This document shows, piece after piece, positions 36,453 through 52,199 of a DNA stretch of 64,000 nucleotides (position 1 is its first letter; each line of letters starts with the position of its first letter). The notes under the pieces are model-generated. The model had not been told where the DNA came from and ran no database searches. It saw only the letters and a list, made by a program, of their open reading frames with translations. The stretch comes from Macrostomum lignano (Eukaryota). Both the position numbers and the translations under genes were made by a program. Location of the stretch: positions 124,001 through 188,000 of the forward strand of contig NIVC01000104.1 of assembly GCA_002269645.1 (NCBI GenBank). The letters run 5' to 3'.

Positions 36453-37066
36453 AAACAATAAGAAAGATTTAGGTTAACTGTCGAAGCAATTCGAATAATT
36501 ATTAGGCTAAGACTGTTTTTGACGATTTATATTTTAGTCTAAAATCTAGACAAGTACTGACTTTAAATGCTAATTTGAAATTCACATAAAAACTAGTAGC
36601 TGGTTGACATCCGATAAAACTTCTGGCTTTCAAAATTTTTGCAACTTCTAATTTTATACTAATTTGCAAATTGTTAAGTTATTTTATTATAGAACTGAAT
36701 AGATCTTGAAGCAAAAAATTTCCTGTTGCAGTTCCATGACAAATATCCCGTTCATTTGAAAATTGTTCATTAGAAACTTTAAAGTCTAAACAAAACAGCA
36801 GTGCTTTTCTTAATTTTTGCTTTTTTTCTGGTACTATGTCTTCTTATGAAAGTAAAAAATCGTTTTTTAATTAAAAATGTTGCGTCACTAATAGCTTTTT
36901 AACAGCGTTTGTAGCAGCTGATTTTATGTACGTTTTCAACATCAAATGTTTGAATAAATATTCAGCTGCATTTGCTCCGACTTGTTTTTAAAATACTATA
37001 TTTCACTCTGTTATTTCGGAAATTTTGGTCAGAACTATTTAAATTACTTAGTAAGTCCAACTTTAA
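36453..37066. promoter_or_regulatory. Probable bidirectional promoter region between SMARCB1 and RNF11
   Basis: Only 614 bp separate the two divergent start codons; no specific motif was identified. Confidence 0.5.
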
Positions 37067-39653
37067 ATGGGTAATTTAATTCGAGCTTGTTTTTCATTCA
37101 ATCAGAATCGTCGCGACAGTGACCTAGACTTGATTCCCGATCAAGATTCGTTTGAATCCAGCTCGCCTGCTACAGCTGAAGCCCTTTTTGTGCAGCCGAA
37201 CCAAGTTGATGCACAGCCAGCTGTAAGTATTATTAGATTACATGCGTTTTCAGAATTTTGCTTCAATTTTCTTTTAGTTCCCCTCAGCCTCAGTCCATTA
37301 AAGTACAAAAGAGACAAAAGTCAAAAGAGTAGGCACATGTTGCATGCATCGTTTGATTTTCGCACCATCATCCATGGGCATGGGATTGGTAATTTAGATA
37401 TGGACCTCACAATTTAGATTGTTAATTTAGATATTGTCTTTAATGTACCTCTAAACTAAATGATGCTGTAATGTATGCTAAGAAATCAAGAGAAAAATAT
37501 TGTGAGAGTACGTTACCTTTTACATTAGAATTCATTTATTATACAAGCTACAATTTTGTCGCGTTACATGCAATGACACCGTGACGTAGGAGCTTATATT
37601 TTCATCCGCGATTAAATGACTTCCTTCCTACGAATTGTTTGCTTTGAAAGGCTCCGAAGCAGAAGTTAGAAATTTAGATGCAACCTGCACCTGCTTTCTC
37701 TAATGACTCATGTGAAGCCTGCAGCCCACGTACCTGCCAATTATCTGATCTGATGGTTGATTTCGTGCGTTCAGATTAGCCTTTTTTCTAAGCCCCGGTG
37801 TTCAAGCGCTTTTTCATTATTCTAATGCGTCACTGACTGAATTCAGCCCGGTCAGGCCACTGAGCTATTTTTAGACGCGCATTAAACCTTCGTGCGTCAT
37901 TCTTATTTGATTCTGCGTGCAGGATTGCTGATCTGGCACGCCCAAGCGTGCAGAATTGATGTTGTCTATGGCAAAATATCCTTTAGGTCTAATGCATCTT
38001 ACGTGCAGGATTGCACTTTATTTTTAGACAACAAGAAAACAACGAGTGAAAATTGGTTAATATCATTACTATTTTTTCGCTTGCGATCAGATGCTACTCA
38101 AATACAAATTCAATGACGTTGGTGTCACCATTGGCTCGAATCTTCAAATTCTTCCGATTTTCCGGAATAACTCGCACACAGCGCACCGAGCCCGACGTAG
38201 GATCGTTGATAACGTCAACTAGGTCACTTGCCTCAGTGCCTACAACTTGAGGGTCGGCCGTAGTAGCCACCTCCACGGCAGCCGTTAGTTGATGGCTCAT
38301 AGCACAGATCGCTTGCTCTCGTTTATTCCCTCGTCGAATGTAGCGCTCGACGGATGCACCTCGCTTGTGGCCAGTCACTTTAGCGATAGTTTCGACATTA
38401 AATCCAGCGTCGTGAAGTTCTGTGATTACAGTTGCACGCACACAATGCGCAGTGTATGGCTTGGACAATCCGGCGGACGTAGAAATTTTCTTCATCAGAG
38501 GCCCAAGGGTGTTGACTCCTACTGCACTCTTGCTGTACGAGCTCGTACCACTTACCAGATGAAGCCTAACCCTCAACTTCAACTGCTGTTGAAGCCTTAC
38601 TAATTGTCTTGATTTTCCTTTTAAAAAAGCTACTTGTTTTTGCTATATAGTTTGTCTGCTTAGAGTTTTCAAGTTTAACAGTAAAGTAACTAGTGAATGA
38701 AGTTCATTCTATTTAATTCTGTTTCAAAAGTCAATTGTGTACAAAATTATAACGTAGCATTATTAATTTCGTATGCTTTCTTGAATAAAGACGTCAACAC
38801 GTCAACCTTTAATAATTAGTTCTGATTTACCCAACCCCAGCAGCAGCAGCAGCAGCAACAGCCGCCTCTGTACTATTTGGCACCGGGCGTTGGCCGTCGA
38901 GTTGATCAGCTGTCCGAGGAAGAACAGATTAAAATTGCTAAACGAATCGGCCTTATCAGCCACCTGCCTGTTCGATTATTTTCTGAGGCTGCTGAGCAGG
39001 GCAAAAACTATGAGTGAGTGATGGAGCAGCAGGGAGGTTCCAGTTAGATGCTGCTATATGAGAAGGAAAATTCTAGAGAAAGAAAGTTTGATGGACATGT
39101 TTGGAAGGGCGCGTTTGATGAGGATGTTTGATGGGGACATTTGATGGAGTTGTGTTTGATGGGGGCGTTTGATGGAGTTGTGTTTGATGGGGACGTTTGA
39201 TGGAGTTGTGTTTGATGGGGAAGTTTGATGAGGATGTTTGAAGACGTTTGATGGGGGCGTTTGAGGAAGATGTTTGATGGGGACGTTTGATGGGGAAGTT
39301 AGAATTAGATTTTTGGAGACGTTTGATGGAGATGCTTGAGGGAGCTGTTTGCTGGCTTAAGAGAGAATTTTCCGCTGTGTTGGCCTCTGTCAAATATTGT
39401 CAATTATTGATGGCAAATTGATGATAATTTTTTGTGACAAAACTTGTTTAAATAATATCTTTCTGTCAGGTGCGTCATCTGCATGGTGGACTACGTGGAA
39501 GGCGACCGGCTCCGCTCCCTGCCCTGCACGCACACCTACCACAAGGACTGCATCGATGACTGGTTGATGCGATCCTTCGCCTGTCCGTCCTGCAACCAGC
39601 CAGTGGATGCCGCCCTGCTAACCACATTTACATCTAGTGCGGCCAATCATTGA
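37067..39653 (+). CDS. RNF11: RNF11 RING-H2 E3 ligase, 170 aa. Exons 37067-37222, 38841-39013, 39470-39653
   Basis: MGN N-terminus. PPLY (PPxY) motif. QLSEEEQIKIAKRIGLISHLP. RING-H2 ECVICMVDYVEGDRLRSLPCTHTYHKDCIDDWLMRSFACPSCNQPVDAALL. Junction phases 0 and 2 match. Confidence 0.95.
38094..38582 (-). mobile_element. Crypton-type tyrosine recombinase C-terminal fragment in RNF11 intron 1
   Basis: AVGVNTLGPLMKKISTSAGLSKPYTAHCVRATVITELHDAGFNVETIAKVTGHKRGASVERY carries H-x-x-R, GH and the catalytic Y. The N-terminal half is absent. Confidence 0.75.
39085..39335. repeat. Imperfect GATG(G)nCGTTT repeat in RNF11 intron 2
   Basis: Direct observation. Confidence 0.8.
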
Positions 39654-39810
39654 CTGTCCGGTTAGTGGTATCACTTGTTCAGCTTGGTTAATTTGCTAAA
39701 TATCGCCTCGGATTTTAGAGCATCAAACAATGGGTCCTGATTTTGTCAAGTATGAACGTCGCCTTTTTGTTATAGATATTATCGCTCTATTACTTAATAT
39801 ACTGTTTCTA

Positions 39811-41300
39811 AACTGACACAGCATCATCCCTCACTGACACAGCATCATCCCTCACTGACACAGCATCATCCCTCACTGACACAGCATCATCCCTCACTGA
39901 CACAGCATCATCCCTCACTGACACAGAATCATCCCTCACTGACACAGAATCATCCCTCACTGACACAGCATCATCCCTCACTGACACAGCATCAATCCCT
40001 CACTGACACAGCATCATCCCTAACTGACAAATCATCATCCGCAACTGACACAGCATCATCCCTAACTGATACAGCAACATCCCTAACTGACACAGCATCA
40101 TCCCTAACTGACACGGCATCAATCCCTCACTGACACAGCATCATCCCTAACTGACAAATCATCATCCGCAACTGACACAGCATCATCCATCATCCCTAAC
40201 TGACACAGCATCATCCCTAACTGACACAGCATCATCCCTAACTGACACAGCATCATCCCTAACTGATACAGCAACATCCCTAACTGACACAGCATCATCC
40301 CTAACTGACACAGCATCATCCATCATCCCTAACTGACACAGCATCATCCCTAACTGACACAGCATCATCCCTAACTGATACAGCAACATCCCTAACTGAC
40401 ACAGCATCATCCCTAACTGACACAGCATCATCCATCATCCCTAACTGACACAGCATCATCCATCATCCCTAACTGACAAATCATCATCCGCAACTGACAC
40501 AGCATCATCCATCATTCCTAACTGACACAGCATCATCCCTAACTGACACAGCATCATCCCTAACTGACACAGCATCATCCCTCACTGACACAGCATCATC
40601 CCTAACTGACACAGCATCATCCCTAACTGATACAGCAACATCCCTAACTGACACAGCATCATCCCTAACTGACACAGCATCAATCCCTCACTGACACAGC
40701 ATCATCCCTAACTGACACAGTATCAATCCCTCACTGACACAGCATCATCCCTAACTGACAAATCATCATCCGCAACTGACACAGCATCATCCATCATCCC
40801 TAACTGACACAGCATCATCCCTAACTGACACAGCATCATCCCTAACTGACACAGCATCATCCCTAACTGATACAGCAACATCCCTAACTGACACAGCATC
40901 ATCCCTAACTGACACAGCATCATCCATCATCCCTAACTGACAAATCATCATCCGCAACTGACACAGCATCATCCCTAACTGATACAGCAACATCCCTAAC
41001 TGACAAATCATCATCCCTAACTGACACAGCATCAATCCCTCACTGACACAGCATCATCCCTAACTGACAAATCATCATCCGCAACTGACACAGCATCATC
41101 CATCATCCCTAACTGACACAGCATCATCCCTCACTGACACAGCATCATCCCTAACTGACACAGCATCATCCCTCACTGACACAGCATCATCCCTAACTGA
41201 CACAGCATCATCCCTAACTGATACAGCATCATCATTAACTGATACAGCATCATCCCTAACTGATACAGTATCATCCCTAACTAATACAGCATCATTCGCA
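39811..41300. repeat. 21-bp minisatellite (CTGACACAGCATCATCCCTAA)
   Basis: Direct observation; includes a block duplication of about 604 bp. Confidence 0.97.
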
Positions 41301-41654
41301 ACAAAAACCGCATTATCATTGGATTATGGTAACTAAGCTGTTGCTATGTTGTTTTATGCTGCTCGATGGTTATTGAGTAGCTGATGATGCGAAATTATTT
41401 GTAACTATAAGTTAAAATACTGCTTCTAAGAATTGAAACATTTTGGAAATAACTTTGTCTGAGAATCTGTTTTGCCATCTGCTTTTAAAAGCAGCCGAGT
41501 CTGTTGTGTTATAAATACTGTAGTGGTATGTCTTTCAGTTTTCATGCCAACTAAAACTGCCGCTAGAAACCAGCTCGATCAAGAAAAAAATTTAGTCGGT
41601 GTGCTATTAATCAACGATCTTTGTTTAAATCCGTGTAAATACTGTACTTTTAAT

Positions 41655-41812
41655 TATGCTACTCCTTTGTTAGAGGCAGGGGGCTTTGTGCACCATTGTC
41701 ACACAACCGGCGAGAGGCATTGCTGCCCATTCCGCCGACTCCCCTGAGCAGGCACACAAGCGCGCGGATACGTACGCAGTCATACGCACAGGCACACACT
41801 CACACAGGAGTG
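41655..41812 (-). mobile_element. 5'-truncated copy of SINE family B
   Basis: 41734-41812 is identical over 79 bp to 42886-42964, and the adjacent 3' sequence is also similar. Confidence 0.65.
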
Positions 41813-42784
41813 ATATTTGATACTCTCTATTAAAGTACCTATTTTACATGAAATTAAGGACAAGTTTGTAATTAAGAACTGTAATTAAGCTTTTTATTGT
41901 GTAAAAAATATCAATATTCTTTGTTAAAGCAGCTCTTTCATGGCTTTCTTTGTCCGCTGTGTGTGAGCAAGGCGCCACATTATTTACTTCATTTTTCTGA
42001 CGTAACAATAGAGCACACCAAGTCATTTTTGACACTGTACAATCTGCGCATCACTATCGGTATCATTTTGCAAATACATATTCAGATTGAGATATTTTAT
42101 TAACTCCAATACATTTTGTCTAGTTGCTTTTTCTGTCAAGTCAGTTTGACACAAATCTATCTAGCAATTTGCATCGCATACTTTTTTAAGTAGGCTACTC
42201 AACATAGCCGAGTGCGCGTGCGTTTTTCACTTTATATTTTTGCCCAGATTTTTTCGCTTTAAATTGCTTTTCATCACGGTAGCTTAGCAATGACATTTCT
42301 CGTGTGTTTATTATAACAACTCACTAAATTTTCCTGTATGTTCTCTAAGGTTTTTGAGCATGTGTAGATTTCTGTGTCCAAAATGGCTGTTAATACTACT
42401 TGGTAAAATGTAATATATATAGAGCATTTAGAAACTCTTGAAAATTGGGGCGATATGTTTCGAAATCAATGTAAATTGTCGTTGAACTCAAAGTCAATTA
42501 AAAACGTGAAAATAATGTCTAGTCTAATCTATGATGACCTTTGTCATGCAAACTGTACGAATGTATGAATATACCTTATCTGCTATTGTTAACATAATTT
42601 TCTCGTATTTCTTTGATTCACGCTATTACATGTTGTTTGATTGTCATTGAAAGTTAAAGTGTGAGTACTTGCACAGTAAGATAGACAGTGTCATGATATA
42701 GAATGCTTATTCCTTTGGCCTTACGAGCGACTGAGTCAGCATTGTTAAAATAGAAATTGTTAAAATAGAAGCGGAAAGTGTTTT

Positions 42785-43164
42785 GTTATAAATTTAAATT
42801 TGAAGCGTCTTATCGTCGTTTTTGCTTATTATAGGCGGGGACTGTGTGCACCCTGGCGCACTTTAAGCGACATTGTCACAATTCTGCCGACTCCCCTGAG
42901 CAGGCACACAAGCGCGCGGATACGTACGCAGTCATACGCACAGGCACACACTCACACAGGAGTGTACAGCGGCCCTAACTTTATTTATAGTTAGTCATGT
43001 ACACTTCACTGTGCCTTGGGGGTTGGCCCTCAAGGCCGTTAATTGCACGAGCAGAGCCAAGCTGAGATTCCAATTTAGTCCCAAATTAATGTGACTGCAC
43101 TTGGAATCGAGCCTGGGCCGCTGATACACCAGAGCGCCGCGCTAAACCACTGGGCTACAGTCCC
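42785..43164 (-). mobile_element. tRNA-derived SINE (family B), apparently full length
   Basis: The minus strand starts GGGACTGTAGCCCAGTGGTTTAGCGCGG...GGCTCGATTCC (A box and B box) and ends in an AT-rich tail. Related fragments occur at about 57340-57385 and about 59760-59900 (shared CACATTAATTTGGG). Confidence 0.7.
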
Positions 43165-43737
43165 ATTGTTCCGGCTACGACGCGGCTCAATCAATGCGGT
43201 TTTCCTAATTGGAATCACGGAAGACTTTTTATTGATTCTCAAAGAACTTCGTTTGCAAAAGAGTAAGCTTTTTCTTGTCATTTTCTGTCACAAAAATCTG
43301 ACAAAAAGGACACACCCTAAGCAAGAGGTTGCAATACAGTCCTTACTTTTGTTGTCATTAGCAACGCAACACAAACTTCAAACGTACCGGATTTCAAGCG
43401 ATCTACATATCTTTTGCGACAAGAAGTATAATGGCCAACTGTGTGCATGCAAGTAAAGTTACAGGCAGATTGAGTTTCGTCACAAAACGATGAAGAATTT
43501 TTAAGGGTATCGACTTCCCAATCTGCTCATCGTGTTGGTAAAGGATTACGAGCTGTACATTCAGGGCATGCTAAACGATGCAAGCAAGCATATTATGGCA
43601 ACTTCGTGTTTGCCCTTAAATAAAAACATTCTAAGCCTCAAGCCTCAACTCAAAGACTACACTAAAGTGGATTTATATGTTACTACAGTCGTCCTTGTTT
43701 CAACTGTGCTTCTGTCATTACCAAACCTCTGGTCCCC

Positions 43738-45430
43738 TCAGTGAGGCGTCATTACAGCCTCTCTAGTTCCCATTTTAGACACACACCCTGGCTCTTGAGT
43801 AAGGCGTCACTGCAGACACTGACTCTTCAGTGAGCTGAGGCGTCACTGCAGACACTGTGACTCTTCAGTGAGCTGAGGCGTCACTGCAGACACTGTGACT
43901 CTTCAGTGAGCTGAGGCGTCACTGCAGACACTGTGACTCTTCAGTGAGGCGTCACTGCAGACACTGACTCTTCAATGAGGCGTCACTGCAGGCACTGACT
44001 CTTCAGTGAGGCGTCACTGCAGACACTGACTCTTCAATGAGGCGTCACTGCAGACACTGTGACTCTTCAGTGAGGCGTCACTGCAGACACTGACTCTTCA
44101 ATGAGGCGTCACTGTAGACACTGCGGCTCTTCAGTGAGGCGTCACTGCAGACTGACTCTTCAGTGAGGCGTCACTGCAGACACTGACTCTTCAGTGAGGC
44201 GTCACCATGCAGACACTGTGGCTCTTCAGTGAGGCGTCACTGGACTGAAGACACTGCGGCTCTTCAATGAGGCGTCACTGCAGGCACTGACTCTTCAGTG
44301 AGGCGTCACTGCAGACACTGACTCTTCAGTGAGGCGTCACTGCAGACACTGACTGTTCAGTGAGGCGTCACCATGCAGACACTGCGGCTCTTAAGGGAGG
44401 CGTCACTGCAGAAACTGAGGCTCTTCAGTGAGGCGTCACTGCAGACACTGTGGCTCTTTAGTGAGGCGTCACCATGCAGACACTGTGGCTCTTGAGTGAC
44501 GCGTCACCATGCAGACACTGTGGCTCTTTAGTGAGGCGTCACTGCAGACACTGTGGCTCTTGAGTGACGCGTCACCATGCAGACACTGTGGCTCTTGAGT
44601 GACGCGTCACCATGCAGACACTGTGGCTCTTTAGTGAGGCGTCACCATGCAGACACTGTGGCTCTTTAGTGAGGCGTCACTGCAGACACTGTGGCTCTTT
44701 AGTGAGGCGTCACCATGCAGACACTGTGGCTCTTGAGTGACGCGTCACCATGCAGACACTGTGGCTCTTTAGTGAGGCGTCACCATGCAGACACGCTTCC
44801 GGACATTTGCCCTCCGGCACTTCCCCTCCGGCACTTGCCCTCCGGCACTTCCCCTCGGCGGCGTTTGCCCTCCGGACATTTGCCCTCCGGGACATTTCCC
44901 CTCCGGACATTTGCCCTCCGGACATTTGCCCTCCGGACATTTCCCCTCCGCACATTTGCCCTCTTCAAATTTACCCCCTCGCACATTACTCACCTCACCT
45001 CCTCCTGTACCCACCCGTCGTTCCTCCAGCACCAACCTCATCCTCCCGCCTCTTGCATCCATCAGGTTCTTCTCCAGCCAACAACTCATCCTTTTCTAGT
45101 AAGCAATATATACCCGCGCCCTACCCTATCCCCAGCCTTACCTGTACTTTTCCAGAGGGGAAATGTCCGGAGGGCAAATGTCCGGAGGGCAAATGTCCCC
45201 GAGGGCAAATGTCCTCGAGGGCAAATGTCCGGAGGGGAAATGCCGGAGGGCAAATGTCCGGAGGGCAAATGCCGGAGGGCAAATGTCCGGTAGCCATGCA
45301 GACACTGTGGCTCTTTAGTGAGGCGTCACCATGCAAACACTGTGGCTCTTGAGTGACGCGTCACCATGCAGACACTGTGACTCTTTAGTGAGGCGTCACC
45401 ATGCAGACACTGTGGCTCTTCAGTGAGGCA
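43738..45430. repeat. 31-35-bp minisatellite (CAGTGAGGCGTCACTGCAGACACTGACTCTT and variants), interrupted by a foldback element
   Basis: Direct observation; units contain CAGTGA-GGCG-TCACTG hairpins or the palindrome GTGACGCGTCAC. Confidence 0.95.
44795..45294. mobile_element. 500-bp foldback / Mutator-like MITE
   Basis: Both arms are inverted tandem arrays of about 16-bp CCGGACATTTGCCCT units. Ends are GCTTCCGG...CCGGTAGC. CATGCAGACAC is duplicated at 44784-44794 and 45295-45305. Confidence 0.75.
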
Positions 45431-46530
45431 CCCCTGCTCTCGCAACTCTCAGCCTGTATTTCTGCCGCATCTCGAAGCTGCAGCCTTTTAACAGCAAGGT
45501 ACACTAAAGCTCAGCTTGAGTTTCACGTGCTTACTGGTGCTGCAATAGCTAGATGCATTAGCTGTAGCAGCTGCAAGGTCAAGCAAAGCCAAGCATATAG
45601 CTCGAGTTAAAAGGTTTGACGACTTGCTTCGCGATATTCTGTTTGTTCTCTGCTTTTCTCGCCTTCACTTGTTCTGCTTGTGTGCGCTCGGCGCTCCAGT
45701 ACCAAAAAAGTCAACCGGACCGCGACGTAAAGAGGGAAACTTGATACAGAGGAAGAACTGAGCAGTGCTAGGGAGGTTTGAAAAAACACGGATGGCTTGG
45801 CAGAGACTGCCAAAATAAGCCACGATGAGGCACAAGCAGGTACTTGGCTGTAGGGTCTGGGGAAGGGGATTTAGCAGTGAACTCGAGACAGAACTGGATA
45901 GCTGAACGAGTTCGATTCGAGCAGTATTCCTGGCTAAAGAAATTTCGGATCACCTTGCTATTATGTTGCCAAGGGGAAAAGGGGAAGATTCTACAATGGC
46001 TATGGGAGTTCTTATCCTCTCATTTGGTTGTCCTGTGCTCATAGGGCTGATCGATGCCATTTAGCCCTCGAGGATGATGGAAGCCACGATAATAAGAAGC
46101 AATTAAGCTCTACTCGCAGCTCTGACAGTTCGACGTTCGTCTCTCTCAGTTTGTTTTGCTTGCCAGCATAAAAATAGACGTCTTCAAATGTCATCTCTCT
46201 CCCTCGAATAAACAGTTGATTATAGGTTTGGTGATATATAGAGATATTAAATTTCAATGGCTTCAGGCCATAATTGGGAAATGTTTCACTTCCTTTCAGC
46301 AAGACCTTAGTGCCAATCGTCCCACGCTGTACGCTCATTATTCAGGGCTTCGAACTCATTGTTTAGGGCTACTAAAAAATTCGAGAGACAAAAATTGTGC
46401 ATGTCGTTTTGTCATAGTCTTCATGCTTCAATTCGAATTTCGAATCGAGTTTTATCGAGCAGTCGGGCAATAGCAAGAATCCGAAATTTCGCTTTCAAAA
46501 ATATATTTCAGTCATTTTCATCAATTCTAG

Positions 46531-48838
<2,308 letters not shown>

Positions 48839-49534
48839 ATGCGAACTGGCTTGGAGAGTAAATACGGAAGAGATTATGCTAAGCTACAGTTAACCCAGTT
48901 GGATTGTACGAAGCTCCCACGCAAGAAGAATGCCTACGATCGGCTTGTCTGTTCGAGAGTCCTAATTTAGTCTCAACGGATAGAATTTCAGCTGAAGGAG
49001 AACAGCAAAGAGGTTAGTGATTGTAATTGCTGTCCCTCTCTACTCTGAATGCAGCTAACAGAGTTGTTCGTCCCGACTGTTTTGCTTTCAGCTAACTGTA
49101 TAACTGCTGCATTGACTTGGGCGGAGCACAGATGTCAGCTTTGCTTCAATACTTCTCTTGCTTGAGCCTGTCGGCTTTGGAGCTCATTGTTGAAACTACT
49201 TAGACAATATTCTTGCGATAGTATATCTTGCTATCTGCGATCTTACAGATAGTCTGATCCCTACGATACAGACAGATTTTGCTCGACCGTTTAAATGCAC
49301 TATCGATGCGTGAGTATGCGTTTCTTACCGGCCAACCAGGCTAATTTCTAAGAAAGTCGAATTCAGCGTCCTTCTACTGTTCACTATGCACAGGTGTAGT
49401 TGACATGTTGGCTTTGTATCAAATATCTGCCAAGGCCTGGATATCGTATTTTTCATCTGTCTCATTAGTGTGACCAGCCCTGTCTTTGGTCATATTCAGT
49501 GATTTTATCAAAATTTGAACCGGTTTAATATTAT

Positions 49535-50090
49535 GTGAACAACCGCGAGAGGCTTTTCGTTTCTCATCAACAACCGCGAGGCTTCTCGTTTCTCATCAAC
49601 AAATGTGAGGCTTTTCGTTTCTCATCAACAACCGCGAGGCTTCTCGTTTCTCATCAACAAATGTGAGGCTTTTCGTTTCTCATCAACAACCGCGAGGCTT
49701 CTCGTTTCTCATCAACAACCGCGAGGCTTCTCGTTTCTCATCAACAACCGCGATGCTTCTCGTTTCTCATCAACAACCGCGAGGCTTCTCGTTTCTCTTC
49801 AACAACCGCGAGGCTTTTAGTTTCTCATCAACAACCGCGATGCTTCTCGTTTCTCATCAACAACCGCGAGGCTTCTCGTTTCTCTTCAACAACCGCGAGG
49901 CTTTTAGTTTCTCATCAACAGCCGCGATGCTTCTCGTTTCTCATCAACAACAGCGAGAAGCTTCTCGTTTCTCATCAACAGCGAGAAGCTTCTCGTTTCT
50001 CATCAACAACCGCGAGAGGTTTCTCGTTTCTCATCAACAAAAGCAACCAAGTTGCTTCTCTCGTTTCTCTTCAACAACAGCGATCTCGTC
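49535..50090. repeat. 29-bp minisatellite (TTCTCGTTTCTCATCAACAACCGCGAGGC)
   Basis: Direct observation. Confidence 0.95.
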
Positions 50091-50811
50091 AACAAATCAG
50101 GTGTTTATCATTTCTAATCCACACATCTCAGCTCTCCCCTCTGTCGCCGCGGCCGCTATAGATGACCTCAAACTCGAAACTGTGTGGATTCTTGCCTAAT
50201 TATTGACTTCGAGATTAACATTGCAAGGAAGAAACAGTCGACTAAAGTGTGTCAGCATGCATTTAGCCAAAACAGAATAATCAATAGACAAAGCTGGGAA
50301 TGCTTTCACAGTCGCTGCCATCAATTTATATTTTGCATTTCGCTTCGATACTTTCCTGGACAATATGTTATGCTGACGAGTCAGTCTCTAATTTTTGTAC
50401 CGGGTTGTTTGAGCTGGACAAAGGAGCAGGAAACGGAGACCTGTATGTGTATCAAAAACAGCGCACTGTCGGAGACGCGCAAAGGTTGAAATATTGAATT
50501 CTGTTTTTAACTAAGTGCAGTCGACACTGATTGAAAAAAAAACACAGAAAAATACGTGCCGAACTTTCTACAACAAACAGTCAGTCAGCTTGTCAGATTA
50601 TTTTGTAAGCCCTGGCTTTTACTTGTCCCTAATGACATCTAACTGTTTATCGACTTTCAACCTTGAGTCAAAAAAGTCGTCTTAAGACGGTCCCTTGAGT
50701 TTCAGTTGAAATAGTAGCATTCGAATATATAGATTATGATTCACTCAATGTAGGCTCAAGTTGTAGCCACTAAAGTTTCTGTTATTGTGTAAACTTTAAA
50801 AAATACTGCGG

Positions 50812-51047
50812 TGTTCTAGCCTACAGATTGTGGTGTTCTAATCTACAGATTTTGGTGTTCTAACCTACAGATTGGGTGTTCTAACCTACAGTAAGATGTT
50901 CTAACCTACAATAGGATGTTCTAACCTACAATAGGATGTTCTAACCTACAATAGGATGTTCTAACCTACAATAGGATGTTTTAACCTACAATAGGATGTT
51001 CTAACCTACAATAGGATGTTCTAACCTACAATAGGATGTTCTAACTT
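50812..51047. repeat. 20-bp minisatellite (GTTCTAACCTACAATAGGAT)
   Basis: Direct observation. Confidence 0.92.
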
Positions 51048-51388
51048 TACAAAGATTCCGATTTGGTTGAATTCAGCAGAAAAATAAACAAGCGCTTGAT
51101 CTTCGCACGCAGAAGCAAGTCAGCTCAGCATCTTTGCACCGAAAGTTCTGTTTGGAAAGAACAGATGAGAGCGATTATAACTATACGGACAGTCCATGGA
51201 AGGCAGGCGAGTGAAGATTTTCATGTGAGTTGGTTTAGCGAATAACAAAGGTGAGGTGACAGGTCGGTAGATTCATTGACAGGAACTAGCCAGTATCTGC
51301 ACTCTTACCATAGAGACATGTTACATGGTAACTAGGTCGACACACAAGCATTAAGAAAGACGGGTAGATAGTATTTACTTAAGATCGA

Positions 51389-52053
<665 letters not shown>

Positions 52054-52199
52054 GGAGAAACAGTTGTAGTTGTAGCAGTGAATTCATCACAATGTGAGCT
52101 GGAACTACGGTACACTTGTTACAATCATCATCGATGTTAAGTGAAAATTCGTCACTGACGCCATCAGCTGGCCCAGGTAGACAGCATTAGTGATGCAAG

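Noticed and set aside
41380-41395. Hammerhead ribozyme core CTGATGA-TGC-GAAA (also CTGATGAG at about 3432)
   Set aside because: There is no room for stem II and no flanking stems; the second site lies within the transposase CDS.
43850-44770. RSS heptamer CACTGTG in satellite units, near a RAG-related transposon
   Set aside because: No nonamer at 12/23 spacing; a 7-mer in a repeated unit is expected by chance.
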